Of a DNA stretch of 64,000 nt, positions 9,324 to 19,976 are shown in pieces. Location of the stretch: NCBI GenBank assembly GCA_037441675.1, contig JBBIRS010000001.1:101428-165427 (forward strand). Direction: 5' to 3'. The notes beneath the pieces are model-generated. The model was given only the letters and a program-made list of their open reading frames with translations. It was not told where the DNA came from and did not search any database. The first letter of the stretch is position 1. The number at the start of each line of letters is the position of its first letter. Source of the stretch: Planctomycetales bacterium. GTDB taxonomy: Bacteria; 4484-113. Position numbers and translations under genes: made by a program.

Positions 9324-10205
9324 ATGGATCTTTCAGTCATTATCCCCAACTATAACGGAGAGAAACTCCTAATACCATTGATAAGCCGACTTGAAGAGTT
9401 ACTCGCCAAATCAGGCTTAAACTACGAAATAATCCTTGCTGATGATTGTTCTAATGATGAAAGTGTTACTTTAGTAAAGAGTACTTTTCCGTGGGTGAGA
9501 GTTGAGGCTGGTGGGGAGAGGAAAGGTTTTGGAGGCAACTGCAACAGAGGCGCAAAAGCAAGTAATGGTAATTATCTTGCTTTTGTAAACACTGATATTG
9601 AATTTGAAGGGGATATCTTCAACCAACTTATAAAGTCTCTATCAGATTCAAGGGTATTTGCAGTGATGCCTCTGATATTTGCTGAAAGATTAGGACGCGT
9701 GGAAAATTACACGTTCCTTTGGAAGCATCGCGGACTTGTCTGGTTAAAGCCAAGGGGAGAAATTGAGCTAACATCTGCGGAAGAAGTTGCTAAGAAACTA
9801 GAGCCCAATCCGATTGGTGGTGTTCCACTCTGCGGTGCATTTTTTATCTGTAAAAAGGATATTTTCAACACCCTTGGTGGATTTGACGAAATTTTTTCTC
9901 CAGCTTATTGGGAAGATGTGGACTTAGGGTTCAGAGCGGAAGAACTTGGCTATGACATACTGCTTGTCCCAGGAGTAAAAGTTCTGCATAAGCACTCTAT
10001 AACTATAGATATATCTTTCGGGGGATCCCTAAAGAAAAGGCTTCTGCTCAGGAATCAGGCACTATTTATAAAGAAGCATCTTAATCGGCTAGCGCCAATT
10101 CCCAATTTCCGCATTTGGCTTTCTCTAAGGATTTTCCAGCGTCTCTTTCAAGGCTATCAAGAGCTTATCCCAATTTATCTCTCCATAATCCTTTCGAGGC
10201 AGTAG
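9324..10205 (+). CDS. family 2 glycosyltransferase
   Basis: N-terminal VIIPNYNGEKLL...DDCSNDES, with DxD-type GT-A motifs. Confidence 0.8.
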   Translation: MDLSVIIPNYNGEKLLIPLISRLEELLAKSGLNYEIILADDCSNDESVTLVKSTFPWVRVEAGGERKGFGGNCNRGAKASNGNYLAFVNTDIEFEGDIFNQLIKSLSDSRVFAVMPLIFAERLGRVENYTFLWKHRGLVWLKPRGEIELTSAEEVAKKLEPNPIGGVPLCGAFFICKKDIFNTLGGFDEIFSPAYWEDVDLGFRAEELGYDILLVPGVKVLHKHSITIDISFGGSLKKRLLLRNQALFIKKHLNRLAPIPNFRIWLSLRIFQRLFQGYQELIPIYLSIILSRQ

Positions 10206-10277
10206 TTAGCTCACTAGTATAAGGCAAAAGAATATGTTAAAATTTTCACAGGTTAATAAACTTACGAGGTGATAATA

Positions 10278-11456
10278 ATGACTGATGTCGTTATCTTGGA
10301 TGGCACAAGGACTCCGATAGGAAAGTACGGGGGAACGCTCAAAGATGTTCCAGCGGTAGATTTGGGCGCCCATTGCATTCGGACGATTATTGAGAGAAAC
10401 AAAATAGATCCAACAAGCGTGGATGACGTTATAATGGGGATTGTTGTTAATGCGGGGGTTGGGCAGATACCTTCAAGGCAGTCTGCAATCCGGGCTGGTT
10501 TGCCGGAGACTGTTCCTTCGCTTACAGTCCACAAGGTTTGCGCTTCTGGTATGCGAGCAATAACTCTAGCAGACACAATGATTCGTGCTGGTCAGGCAAA
10601 GCTTATTGTCGCAGGCGGAATGGAATCAATGAGTCAGGTCCCCTACGCTTCTTTTGGAACTAGATGGGGTAAAAGAATGGGAGACGAAAAGCTTGTAGAT
10701 TTGATGATTCACGACGGGCTTTGGTGTGCCTTTGACAATGTTCATATGGGTAATGATGGTGACCGTATCGCGAAGGAATTTAATCTATCACGTGAGGAGC
10801 AGGATGAGTACGCCTGTCGGAGCCAGAATCTAGCAGAAGCAGCTATAAAAGAAGGAAGACTCGCTGAGGAAATCACCCCATACCCAGTTCCTCAAGCTAA
10901 GGGTGAGCCTATACTTTTCTCTCAAGACGAATTTCCTCGCTTTGGAACAACCGTAGAAGCGTTAAGTAAGTTAAAGCCCGCCTTCTCCCCCGATGGCACT
11001 ATCACCGCAGGAAACGCTCCAGGAGTGAACGATGGCGCTGCCGCCGTTATCGTTACTACTCGTGAAATGGCTGAGGCTCTTGGGATAAAGCCACTTGCAA
11101 GAATCGTAGATTACGCTTGGGTCGCTATGAAACCTTACCAATTCCCGATTGCACCAGCTTACTCCACTCTTAAGCTCTTAGAAAAAACAGGGAAGAAGCT
11201 TGAAGACATCCACCTCTTTGAATTTAACGAAGCATTTGCCGCAGTTGTTCTTGCCTGTGGAAAAATTTTGAATTGGGACTTAAACAAAGTTAACGTGAAT
11301 GGTGGTGCGATAGCACTGGGACACCCAATAGGGATGAGCGGCACGCGTATAACACTAACACTGGCGTATGAGCTTAGAAGAAGAGGCGGTGGTCTCGGTA
11401 TTGCTTCTATTTGTTCTGGTTCGGGACAGGGAGATTCTATTCTGCTTGAAGTATAG
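10278..11456 (+). CDS. acetyl-CoA C-acetyltransferase (thiolase II); the ORF opens at a GTG at 10269 but the likely start is the ATG at 10278 after RBS GAGGTGA
   Basis: VILDGTRTPIGKYGG, active-site Cys in VHKVCASGMRA, C-terminal NVNGGAIALGHPIGMSG and CSGSGQG. Confidence 0.9.
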   Translation: MTDVVILDGTRTPIGKYGGTLKDVPAVDLGAHCIRTIIERNKIDPTSVDDVIMGIVVNAGVGQIPSRQSAIRAGLPETVPSLTVHKVCASGMRAITLADTMIRAGQAKLIVAGGMESMSQVPYASFGTRWGKRMGDEKLVDLMIHDGLWCAFDNVHMGNDGDRIAKEFNLSREEQDEYACRSQNLAEAAIKEGRLAEEITPYPVPQAKGEPILFSQDEFPRFGTTVEALSKLKPAFSPDGTITAGNAPGVNDGAAAVIVTTREMAEALGIKPLARIVDYAWVAMKPYQFPIAPAYSTLKLLEKTGKKLEDIHLFEFNEAFAAVVLACGKILNWDLNKVNVNGGAIALGHPIGMSGTRITLTLAYELRRRGGGLGIASICSGSGQGDSILLEV

Positions 11457-11489
11457 GCATAACGAGCTAAAGTTTATAAAACTCTTAGC

Positions 11490-12473
11490 TCAAAGGTTGT
11501 TAACCAAGAATCTATACCAATTTTCGCCCATTATTCCCCTGATTGTTTCAGGTTTTACCCCCTCTCTAGCAAGTTCATCAGCTAGCAAGGATAGATCGGA
11601 AACGCTGTTCATCCCCGCTGGGGTATCACTAGCTGAAATTCCACCGTCAAAGTCTGATCCAATTCCTAATCCCTCATCTCCTACTATCTCCAATATATGA
11701 AGAGCATGTCTAACCGTTTCCTTGATTGGCACTTGTGGGTCTTCTTCTTTCCAATCGGGTTTAAGAAATCCATTGTATAGAAGAAGTCCAATGACACCAC
11801 CCCTTTGTGCTAGTGCCTCAATTTGCTGGTCTTTAAGATTCCTTGGATGGGGACAGAGGGAATAGCTGTTGCTATGGGTTGCGACTACGGGACCGCTCCA
11901 AACATCCATTACTTGCCAAAAACTTTTTTCGTTCAGGTGAGAGATATCAAGAATGAAACCGAGATTGTGCATTTCCCTTAAAAAGGATACCCCCTCCTCC
12001 GTAAGCCCTTCATCTGTCCTAGCACCTCCTGCCCACTGATTTGCTTCATTCCAGGTAAGGCTCAATACCCGAACGTTTCTTTCATGTAATTGAGCCAATT
12101 CCGCAGGGCTATCTATTAAATCTGCTCCTTCCAACATCAAACAGAAGCCCCATACCTTTTCACCATTAAGAAAATCAAGTCTCAGTCTCATAAGATCTTC
12201 ATGGGCAAGGATCTCACGCACCTGATTGAAACTAGACACTATATCCCTATACAGTGCGAACTGTTCAGATAGTATCTCCTTTCTCCTTCGCCGATCTAAG
12301 TCATGTTCAACAAATAATGACGCTATGGAAGCCATTACCCCTCCCCTTAAAAGTCCCTCAAGAGTAATCATGGCGTCTCCAGGGTTTTCCGCTTCAGAAA
12401 AAGTTCTCTTATGTGTCAAAATGTGCCACGCTAGATCCTCGTGTGCGTCAACTATGTACAACCTTTCACTCAT
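11490..12473 (-). CDS. membrane dipeptidase, peptidase family M19
   Basis: VDAHEDL near the N-terminus, LEGADLIDSPAELAQLHERNVRVLSLTWNEAN matching the renal-dipeptidase signature, and HSNSYSLCPHPRNL. Confidence 0.7.
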   Translation of the reverse strand: MSERLYIVDAHEDLAWHILTHKRTFSEAENPGDAMITLEGLLRGGVMASIASLFVEHDLDRRRRKEILSEQFALYRDIVSSFNQVREILAHEDLMRLRLDFLNGEKVWGFCLMLEGADLIDSPAELAQLHERNVRVLSLTWNEANQWAGGARTDEGLTEEGVSFLREMHNLGFILDISHLNEKSFWQVMDVWSGPVVATHSNSYSLCPHPRNLKDQQIEALAQRGGVIGLLLYNGFLKPDWKEEDPQVPIKETVRHALHILEIVGDEGLGIGSDFDGGISASDTPAGMNSVSDLSLLADELAREGVKPETIRGIMGENWYRFLVNNL

Positions 12474-12514
12474 GTCTTTATTCCCTCCACAGAAGAACTC
12501 TAGTTAGAGAAAGC

Positions 12515-14929
12515 TTAAAAATCATTTGCAAGGATAAAATCATAAACTTTTCTATATTTGAGAACTTTTTTCACAAATTGTTTTGTTTCAAAATTGGGAA
12601 GTAACTCTACAACAATTTGGGGATAATTTGAATTAATATTTCTAAGCCAATTCCTTAAGTTGCCAGGTCCAGCGTTGTAAGCAGCAATTGCTAAGTATTC
12701 CTCACCAAACATTCTTAGTTGTTCTGCAATATAAGCACATCCTATATGAATGTTTTTTTCAGGATCCGTAAGTGGTCTTAGATGTAGATGCTGAGGAATC
12801 TTGGTTTCATAAAGCTTAGCAGTTGAAGGTAGAATCTGCATTAGCCCCACCGCTTGAGCGGAAGATACTGCCTTGGGGTTGAAGTTGCTCTCTTTCGCTA
12901 TCAATGCATAAATAAGAGCTTTAGATATTTTGTACCGCGCAGAGGCTTCTTCAACAATCTCCTTATAAGGAGTGGGAAAGGCAATCTTTAAGACCAGCCA
13001 TACTAGTCTTCTATCCATCCTTGTGTGTAGTCCTTGTTCAAGCATTAACAGGACTTTCCATCTGCTAATTGGGATTTCGGCTGTTTGATCAAGGTTGTAC
13101 GCATACATAGCTGGTATTATCGAATCACTTGCGGTATTAGTATTTAATTCTTCCATCTCAATCACGAAATCCGTCATAAATAGACTAAGCAAGTATTCTT
13201 CTTCCAACTCTTTGCTAAATAGAAAACTATCATTAGTATAAAGGGGCTCTAAATTCTTCCATCCTAATTTACCAAGCGGGCAGAGCTCGTAATAACTTAG
13301 TTTTTGAACATTGTAGCTAATCGTTGAAATATTCCTATCTTCAGCTTTTGAGATGCCCGCTAAAAATTCTTTCCAATAGTTAGACACAGATGGTTCTTTT
13401 TCTTCTACTTTAGAAATCGCCCAGTTTGCGGTTTTCATATCAGATGAATAAATGAGAAGCGGAATAAGCTCTTCGGCGCTTTGGACTGTATCTGTTCCTC
13501 CTTTCAAAAGGTTATCTCGTAAGAGTTGAATTTGTTTGTTTTGACTAGAGAAAGGCTCTCTCTCTTTTAGAAGCTGATACAACTTATACCGCAAGGTATT
13601 CGTGTAACGACCTTCTAGCTGAATAGCCTTTGATAATTCAACCTTTGCCTTTTGCCAATCACCCATCTTTTCTAAAAAGTTCGCATAGTTTAGTGATATA
13701 AGCTGAAGCGCCTCCTCAGCCAGACCAGAGCGATTCTTCTCAGCGATACTCTTTGCTTGGTTGACAAGCTCGCTTATTGATGCCTCGTTCATTTGTGGTG
13801 TTGACACACCGGTGGCTATTGCGATTAACAGCAGTCTAAATCTTTCGTCTATTCCTTCGGTAGTTATTAACTTCTTCAGTGTTTCTAAACTTTTTCTCTT
13901 GAATTCTACATCTTCATTGGCGATTTGTTCACTTAACCTAAGAAAGTACTCCATTGGTAGGTCAATCAGTTCGCTACTTAGTTTTGGAGTAATTTCACTT
14001 AGGCTATCAATTAGGTTTTTCACAGCAATCCTCGTTGTGTTCTTGGCATTTGAACTAAGTGCCTGAAGAAAATATTTGCAGGCAAAATCAATCTTGCCTA
14101 TCTTTTTGTAATATTCCCCTAGCTCAATGTAAGCCTTTGATGTTATCCAACTGGAGTTAAGTTTTGCATCCTTCTCCAAAGAGAGTAATAAGTTGAGGCA
14201 AGAAAGTGCGTTATTAATCCTCCCCTTTATTAGTTCATTTTCAAGCAAATTCAAAACAGCTCGTTTCCTTATGGGTATATATGTGCTTTTGAGTAGACGT
14301 TTCATTTGAGCCAATCCAGACTTCGCTTCGCGTTGGTCACCGACAATGATTTTGGCTCTCGCATTGTAATAGGCTAGGTAATCGTTAAGCTGAGGGGAGA
14401 CACCATTCTTTATTGCTTCATTGAAATAGCTTTTAGCCCCATTCCAATCGCCAAGCAGGGCAAGTTGGTAACCTGCGAACATCTTTAAGTTGCCATATAC
14501 AGGGTAGTTTCTTAATTCAGCGTAAGTCCCGCTCTGAAATGGGTTATCTATCATGCCTTTGCTTTTAGCTTGGTTGAGGATATCAAGCCGAAGCTCATTA
14601 ACAAGATCCACAGTGTCCTCGTGAAATCCGTAAATTGCGCTCATCAATTGCGCCTTTCCTATGTTTCCAGAGAGGGCGTAAATCCGAGCCAATGCCTGTA
14701 GCGTTTCCCTTGTATTTTTATTTCTCAAATTGTGGATGGTTTCCTGCTTGGCTAGTGAGAGATAATTCCTCTTGATTTTCTCGCTGAGGGGGAGCATTTC
14801 CCGATACATGCTTCTTACCAATAAGAACCCTCCCCACAGGCTTAACATAACTAAAGCTATTACTAAAAACCGTCCGATACTTTTGGTAGTGAAAATCATT
14901 CTCCCATAAGGACCAAAGTGTTTATTCAA
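12515..14929 (-). CDS. soluble lytic murein transglycosylase (Slt70-like): N-terminal TM helix, TPR/superhelical domain, C-terminal SLT domain
   Basis: C-terminal SLT motifs ESNFNPKAVSSAQAVGLMQILPSTA and AYNAGPGN; long helical-repeat N-terminal region. Confidence 0.85.
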   Translation of the reverse strand: MNKHFGPYGRMIFTTKSIGRFLVIALVMLSLWGGFLLVRSMYREMLPLSEKIKRNYLSLAKQETIHNLRNKNTRETLQALARIYALSGNIGKAQLMSAIYGFHEDTVDLVNELRLDILNQAKSKGMIDNPFQSGTYAELRNYPVYGNLKMFAGYQLALLGDWNGAKSYFNEAIKNGVSPQLNDYLAYYNARAKIIVGDQREAKSGLAQMKRLLKSTYIPIRKRAVLNLLENELIKGRINNALSCLNLLLSLEKDAKLNSSWITSKAYIELGEYYKKIGKIDFACKYFLQALSSNAKNTTRIAVKNLIDSLSEITPKLSSELIDLPMEYFLRLSEQIANEDVEFKRKSLETLKKLITTEGIDERFRLLLIAIATGVSTPQMNEASISELVNQAKSIAEKNRSGLAEEALQLISLNYANFLEKMGDWQKAKVELSKAIQLEGRYTNTLRYKLYQLLKEREPFSSQNKQIQLLRDNLLKGGTDTVQSAEELIPLLIYSSDMKTANWAISKVEEKEPSVSNYWKEFLAGISKAEDRNISTISYNVQKLSYYELCPLGKLGWKNLEPLYTNDSFLFSKELEEEYLLSLFMTDFVIEMEELNTNTASDSIIPAMYAYNLDQTAEIPISRWKVLLMLEQGLHTRMDRRLVWLVLKIAFPTPYKEIVEEASARYKISKALIYALIAKESNFNPKAVSSAQAVGLMQILPSTAKLYETKIPQHLHLRPLTDPEKNIHIGCAYIAEQLRMFGEEYLAIAAYNAGPGNLRNWLRNINSNYPQIVVELLPNFETKQFVKKVLKYRKVYDFILANDF

Positions 14930-14958
14930 AGACCTTTAACTGCAAAAGCTTTATCCTC

Positions 14959-16083
14959 TCAAAAATTTCTAATAGGTATGACCTCTCTTTTCACGCGGCG
15001 ACCTATTCTGCATATGATGTCGTAGTTATTAGTTCCGCACCAAGTTGCAAATTCGTCCAAAGTGATTTCTTCATCCTTCTGTCTTCCAATCAGCACAGCT
15101 TCTGCACCCGGGTATACACTCTCATCTTTTCCTACGTCTAAAATTACATAGTCCATATTAACTGCTCCTGCGACGGTTCTTCTCTTACCGTTGATTAGAA
15201 CTTGTCCCTTTGGAAAGAATTGCGTTGGTATGCCATCTGCATATCCGAGAGGGATAGTTGCCAAGTTTGTCTCTTCCTTTGTGGTATATAAATGCCCGTA
15301 TGAAACACCAGTGCCTGCGGGAACTCTCCTCACATCAACCACCATTGTTTTCCAGGTAAATACTGGCATTACACCTGGTTTTATCCCCTCGTATCCCGGA
15401 GGATAGTATCCTAGAGCAAGAATACCTATTCTTACCATATCAAGCCTGCTCTCAGGAAATGAAAGAGTTCCAAGGGAATTCGCTAAATGTTTAGTAACAC
15501 TTCTCTTAAGTCTTTTTTCAATCCGTTCGGCGCATTCGGTAAACAACCTTATTTGCTCAGGAATAATTCTGTCTTTGGAGTTAGCAGTCCCGGCAAGATG
15601 GGAGAAGATACCTTCTACAGAAATATGAGGATTATCAACAAGGCAATCAACAAAATCATCCAACCCCTCAGGTGTTACGCCCGCTCTTCGCATTCCCGTG
15701 TCTAGCTTGATATGGACCTTGGCTATCGTTCCTAATTCAGCTGCGGCATCTTCAAGTTGCTGGATAGTTTCAGGCCTAAAAATACTAAGGTCTAAGAAAT
15801 GTCGCAACGCCAGTTTGTATTGTTCCGGAGGCGTGTATCCCATTACAAGAATACTTCCAAGGTAATCAGACTGTCTAAGCTCAAGCGCCTCATCAACAAC
15901 TGCCACTCCGCATACAATATCAGGAAGTTCGGTTAACACTGGGATTAATTGGACTGCACCTATCCCATATCCATTTGCCTTCATTACAAAGAGAAGCTTG
16001 CGATTAACGTACTTTTTTATCAGCTTGAGATTTTCTAACAGCTGGTTAAGGTCTACTATTAGTTTGGAGTAAGAATGTTGCAT
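14959..16083 (-). CDS. alr: alanine racemase
   Basis: PLP-lysine motif FVMKANGYGIGA; fold-type III PLP enzyme length and C-terminal domain. Confidence 0.85.
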   Translation of the reverse strand: MQHSYSKLIVDLNQLLENLKLIKKYVNRKLLFVMKANGYGIGAVQLIPVLTELPDIVCGVAVVDEALELRQSDYLGSILVMGYTPPEQYKLALRHFLDLSIFRPETIQQLEDAAAELGTIAKVHIKLDTGMRRAGVTPEGLDDFVDCLVDNPHISVEGIFSHLAGTANSKDRIIPEQIRLFTECAERIEKRLKRSVTKHLANSLGTLSFPESRLDMVRIGILALGYYPPGYEGIKPGVMPVFTWKTMVVDVRRVPAGTGVSYGHLYTTKEETNLATIPLGYADGIPTQFFPKGQVLINGKRRTVAGAVNMDYVILDVGKDESVYPGAEAVLIGRQKDEEITLDEFATWCGTNNYDIICRIGRRVKREVIPIRNF

Positions 16084-16085
16084 TC

Positions 16086-17519
16086 CTAAATAGAGCTATG
16101 CCACCTCTTCTTGCGTAAAAGTTTAGAATAAACCGATATTATGAATTCTCTCTCCGTTCGGTTTAATTCTCCATTTTCCCTCAAGATTCTCTGAATCGCA
16201 ATAAACTCCTCATCGGACATTTCAATTTCATTTGTGAGATACGCCAAAAGGTTAAGCTGTTCATTATCTGTACGTGGGGATTTGCCCGATAATGCTGAAA
16301 GAGCGAATAAGAAAGCTCCTTCAAAATCATCAGTTTTATACATTTGGTTACCAAGGGCGATAATCCTTTCAGTCTCCGGTGGGAATTTATCTATGGGTAA
16401 GGATAATCTACGTCCAAGGGGAAAAACTCTCGGCAATAGTGCAACTAAAGCAATTAGGATCAGAATAGACAAGGCTCTTCCCCCTTTGGTTGATACCAGT
16501 AGGCTCGTGACGCTAACTGTTGGAAGGTAAAATCTTGCATTTTCGTGGAAAAAGTAAAGTGGCATCTCACCCCTAAGTTGGAGGAGGTTATTAGCAAATA
16601 CAACGTTATCCACAAGCCCAATTTCTTCATTGGTCAATATATCTGAGATAAACAGGATAGTTAACCTTGCGCTTTCAATAGACTTCGCACCAAGCAATGG
16701 AACAAGCGTTCCCTTTAGAATGTAAACTTCATCAAGGCTATCAAGTAAGTTTTGATAATATGTTGAGACATATTCCAATTCTTCAATGTTTCTCTTTATG
16801 TAAATGTGGGTAACTTCATTAAAGAGAGCCGAGGTCTTTGGTAAGAATATGTGCATTCCCCCCTTCTCATCTTTCTCCCACGCTACTTCGTAAATCTTAC
16901 TATGTATTTGTTCCTTTTGTCTTTGCTCTGCTCTCCGCTCCTCAATATTATGTAAATTTGTGCTTATTTTCACCTCTCTATCACTCTCTCTTGCTCCATG
17001 TTCATTTGATTTTAATTTCAGCATATTCTCTTTTGCTTCTACGTTCGGTATGCTTTCATTCTTAATCAACAAATTCTTATCATTCTTCTCACTTTTCGTC
17101 TCCACCTTAGACCTTTTAACTGATTGGGGTCCTGTTGAGGATATATCTACTGTTTCATTTGGTAATGGCATTAAGAGCAAAAAACTTGTCCCTTTCTCCA
17201 TTTGACTAGTAATACTCTGAAGATCATAGAAGGGGTAGGGGGCAAATAATTTATGAGACTGGTTTTTGGCACTACCCGTTAAGACAACGAATGCTCCGCG
17301 GGGAATAAGAACCAGTGGACGATTATGTATAACAGGTCTCATCTTTAGTCTTTTAGCTAACAGATATAGAGCGCGAATACCCTTAGCGCCGGTACTGTAT
17401 GCTGAGAGTGGTTCGCCATCCGCCTTATGAGGTTGTGCCTTTATTGAAAGGGAAAAAACTAGGCTCACTATTATCGCTGTAAGTAGCCATATACCAGTGC
17501 TTTGCGGTGCTGTTTTCAT
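16086..17519 (-). CDS. DUF4350-like membrane protein (MoxR/BatA-system accessory) with a Lys/Glu-rich low-complexity insert
   Basis: Signal/TM helix, then YSTGAKGIRALYLLAKRLKMRPV, typical of DUF4350; a second TM near the C-terminus; 2-nt gap to alr and 4-nt gap to the DUF4129 gene. Confidence 0.4.
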   Translation of the reverse strand: MKTAPQSTGIWLLTAIIVSLVFSLSIKAQPHKADGEPLSAYSTGAKGIRALYLLAKRLKMRPVIHNRPLVLIPRGAFVVLTGSAKNQSHKLFAPYPFYDLQSITSQMEKGTSFLLLMPLPNETVDISSTGPQSVKRSKVETKSEKNDKNLLIKNESIPNVEAKENMLKLKSNEHGARESDREVKISTNLHNIEERRAEQRQKEQIHSKIYEVAWEKDEKGGMHIFLPKTSALFNEVTHIYIKRNIEELEYVSTYYQNLLDSLDEVYILKGTLVPLLGAKSIESARLTILFISDILTNEEIGLVDNVVFANNLLQLRGEMPLYFFHENARFYLPTVSVTSLLVSTKGGRALSILILIALVALLPRVFPLGRRLSLPIDKFPPETERIIALGNQMYKTDDFEGAFLFALSALSGKSPRTDNEQLNLLAYLTNEIEMSDEEFIAIQRILRENGELNRTEREFIISVYSKLLRKKRWHSSI

Positions 17520-17523
17520 CTTC

Positions 17524-18288
17524 CTATTCGCGATTCCCCTCTTGGGATAAAAGTTGAAATGCCCTTTTGAATTCAGCGAATTTGTCTATACTTATGGAGC
17601 GTTCCCCATAAAAGGTTTCATTGAAAATCATAGTTAAATATCTAAAGGCGGTTGTTCTTTCTGGCTTTCTAAATTTGAAAGACTGGATTAAAAGGGAAGT
17701 GGGAAGCGTTTTGGCATAAGCTGGAAATAAGATATTTAAGCTTTCCTGATATAGACACCTAATCGCCTCAATTAAATTTCCCTGCATTTCAGCTTTTTCC
17801 GCCAATTCTAACCAACCATTTCCTGATTGTGACTTTGCAGGTGATCGTTTCTTTCTCCTGTGAATTTGAAAAACCTCCAGACAGCTTTTGACTACGAAGG
17901 CAAGTAACCCCAAGCCTAAGATTAGTGAAAATAGCCTAAAGATGGTGAATGCTGTGGGATTTTCACCTTCCGAACCTTGTGATAAGTTCTTTAACCATTC
18001 CACGATTGGTGTGAGTATTCCCCATTCATTATCGAGGGAACTTCTACCCTCTTGCCGAAAAGCCCTGCTTGAAAGAATGCTATTTATCATTGAGTGAAGC
18101 TCGTTAGCATCAACTCCTTCATTTTGTATCTTTCGAGAATTGTTTGCGTCGTGAGGGACATAACTAGTTTGCCCTGAAGAACTCTCCTGTATGTTAAAAA
18201 TGAAGGCGTAAGAACTTCTAGCAAGAATGAGTAAAAATACTAGCACTAGGATATATCTAAATTTCCAATTCTTAAGGTTGTATACCAT
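17524..18288 (-). CDS. DUF4129 domain membrane protein
   Basis: Two TM helices, then a C-terminal WLELAEKAEMQGNLIEAIRCLYQESL...AFRYLTMIFNETFYGERSIS resembling DUF4129; the same domain type sits at the C-terminus of TgpA at 40753. Confidence 0.45.
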   Translation of the reverse strand: MVYNLKNWKFRYILVLVFLLILARSSYAFIFNIQESSSGQTSYVPHDANNSRKIQNEGVDANELHSMINSILSSRAFRQEGRSSLDNEWGILTPIVEWLKNLSQGSEGENPTAFTIFRLFSLILGLGLLAFVVKSCLEVFQIHRRKKRSPAKSQSGNGWLELAEKAEMQGNLIEAIRCLYQESLNILFPAYAKTLPTSLLIQSFKFRKPERTTAFRYLTMIFNETFYGERSISIDKFAEFKRAFQLLSQEGNRE

Positions 18289-18302
18289 GACATCTAGTTC
18301 AG

Positions 18303-19976
18303 TTAGTAGTATCTAGGTGAGAAAACGATATCAACCTTCTTATTTTTTGCTGACGCCCTAAAGTCCAGCAAGTGGTTGTAATTAACATCGCTGGTAAGAA
18401 ATTTTCCGTGCGCTACCCATCTATTTGAATGACTTGAAAGCCGAACATCAGATACTTCATACATACTTGCACTCTGTATAAACTCAATTTCCCCTAAGAG
18501 TTTACCAACTTCCTTTTCGAGTTCTTTCTTTCCAGTGGAGTATGCTGAAAAATTAATAATAACCCCAAAAGGTGGAAGCTTAAAATCTTCCTTCAGTTTC
18601 TCTATGTCAGCAAGGGTTTTCTTCCTATCGGGCCCAATCCTAGCGAAAATTGCATCAGTAATTTGTTTTGGGCCTAGAAGTTGAATATTTACTGAATTTC
18701 TTCCGTAAAGAGAGTATAGACGATAGATTTGATCCTCTACGAATTCCTCAACAAAGGGAGCCTGCGAAACCGATATAAATTCCCTTAGGATGAAAACGAT
18801 TTTCTTCGGTTTATAGAAGCTTAAAGGTGAGAAAAGTGTGCTTGTCCCAATCAATACGTCCGTTCTACCCAGATTCGCTTCCCTAATTTCACCTCTACGT
18901 GCTTGGTATAATGCTCCTACACGTGGCGTATGTGGAAGATTTCGTTTCTTAAGCTCAGCTCTAACTAGTTTCGCCAAGCCTTCAACTCCAACAAGTTGAA
19001 TAGAAAGCTCTCTTCCTTGACATTCTTGACACGCAACATTTCTGCTTCTAAAGCCACAATTGGTGCAGGCGAAATGCTCCGTATCTGCACTGTAAAGAAG
19101 ATATCTTCCGCAATTGGGGCAGTACACCATACTATCACAACTTTCACATTTAATATGTTGCCCAATGCCCAAGGCATCGTTAAGGACCAGCATTTTCACG
19201 CCACTTCTTGCTTGCGAGGCAATTGTTCTTGAGAGTTTTATTATTCTCTCATTACTAGTGCCGGATACAGGTTTTGGAGTTGAATGCAATTCATCCGCGG
19301 AATAACACGGATAAGTGGAAGTTAGGGGGATTAACCTCAACACCATTGGTGTAACCATTGAGTAGAAGTATAAATTTAGTAGCGTGTTGTATCTTGGGTA
19401 ATCTTGAGATTGAAAATGTGGGTTAGTTGGGTCAAAGATAATTACCTCGTCAAAGAGAGAGTAAAGGCAAAGGAAATTGCTAGCCCTTTTTCCAACTATA
19501 ACAATGGACTGCGAGCTTTTGAGAGATTGCTCCAACTTAACAAGTTCGGAAGAAGGCATATCAGAAGAAAAGGTTAATACTCTATCCGCACCCCTTTTTG
19601 GAAGCGCATTTTTGAACGCTTCAACAAAGCTCTCTTCGGGCAAAAGCACGAGAATTTTACTTTTCTTATTCAAAAGAGTCCTGACAAATGATTTGCGAAA
19701 AAAGTCACGCCAATTCACATTTTCAACTCTTATGCAAGGGCTAGAGATGCATCCATCATTCAAAGAGAGTTCAGAAAAGAAACTACTAACTTGCCTGAAA
19801 AAGGAGTGTCCTTCGGGGAATTTGGCTTCTTCTCCTTTAAGTGGAATGGCGAGAACTTGCTGAATCGGTGTTTCAACCTCTTTCCATGTCTTATGAACGA
19901 CCGTTGACAAGGATAATGTTCCTACTACCCTTAACTGCCCACTCTCTAGTATGTCCCATAACTGACTAGGCTCCAT
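18303..19976 (-). CDS. priA: primosomal protein N' (PriA), C-terminal 557-aa portion; the helicase ATPase motifs are degenerate
   Basis: PriA-specific Cys-rich zinc region CESCDSMVYCPNCGRY...CTNCGF...CQEC; region KILVLLPEES...IVIVGKRASNF...LFDEVIIFDPTNPH aligns to PriA motifs I-II but lacks GxGKT and DEEH. Confidence 0.7.
   Translation of the reverse strand: MEPSQLWDILESGQLRVVGTLSLSTVVHKTWKEVETPIQQVLAIPLKGEEAKFPEGHSFFRQVSSFFSELSLNDGCISSPCIRVENVNWRDFFRKSFVRTLLNKKSKILVLLPEESFVEAFKNALPKRGADRVLTFSSDMPSSELVKLEQSLKSSQSIVIVGKRASNFLCLYSLFDEVIIFDPTNPHFQSQDYPRYNTLLNLYFYSMVTPMVLRLIPLTSTYPCYSADELHSTPKPVSGTSNERIIKLSRTIASQARSGVKMLVLNDALGIGQHIKCESCDSMVYCPNCGRYLLYSADTEHFACTNCGFRSRNVACQECQGRELSIQLVGVEGLAKLVRAELKKRNLPHTPRVGALYQARRGEIREANLGRTDVLIGTSTLFSPLSFYKPKKIVFILREFISVSQAPFVEEFVEDQIYRLYSLYGRNSVNIQLLGPKQITDAIFARIGPDRKKTLADIEKLKEDFKLPPFGVIINFSAYSTGKKELEKEVGKLLGEIEFIQSASMYEVSDVRLSSHSNRWVAHGKFLTSDVNYNHLLDFRASAKNKKVDIVFSPRYY

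Noticed and set aside
11464-11491. Inverted repeat GAGCTAA...TTAGCTC between the convergent thiolase and dipeptidase genes as a bidirectional terminator
   Set aside because: The stem is AT-rich with a 14-nt loop and no flanking T or A tracts. It overlaps the dipeptidase stop codon, so this is weak evidence.
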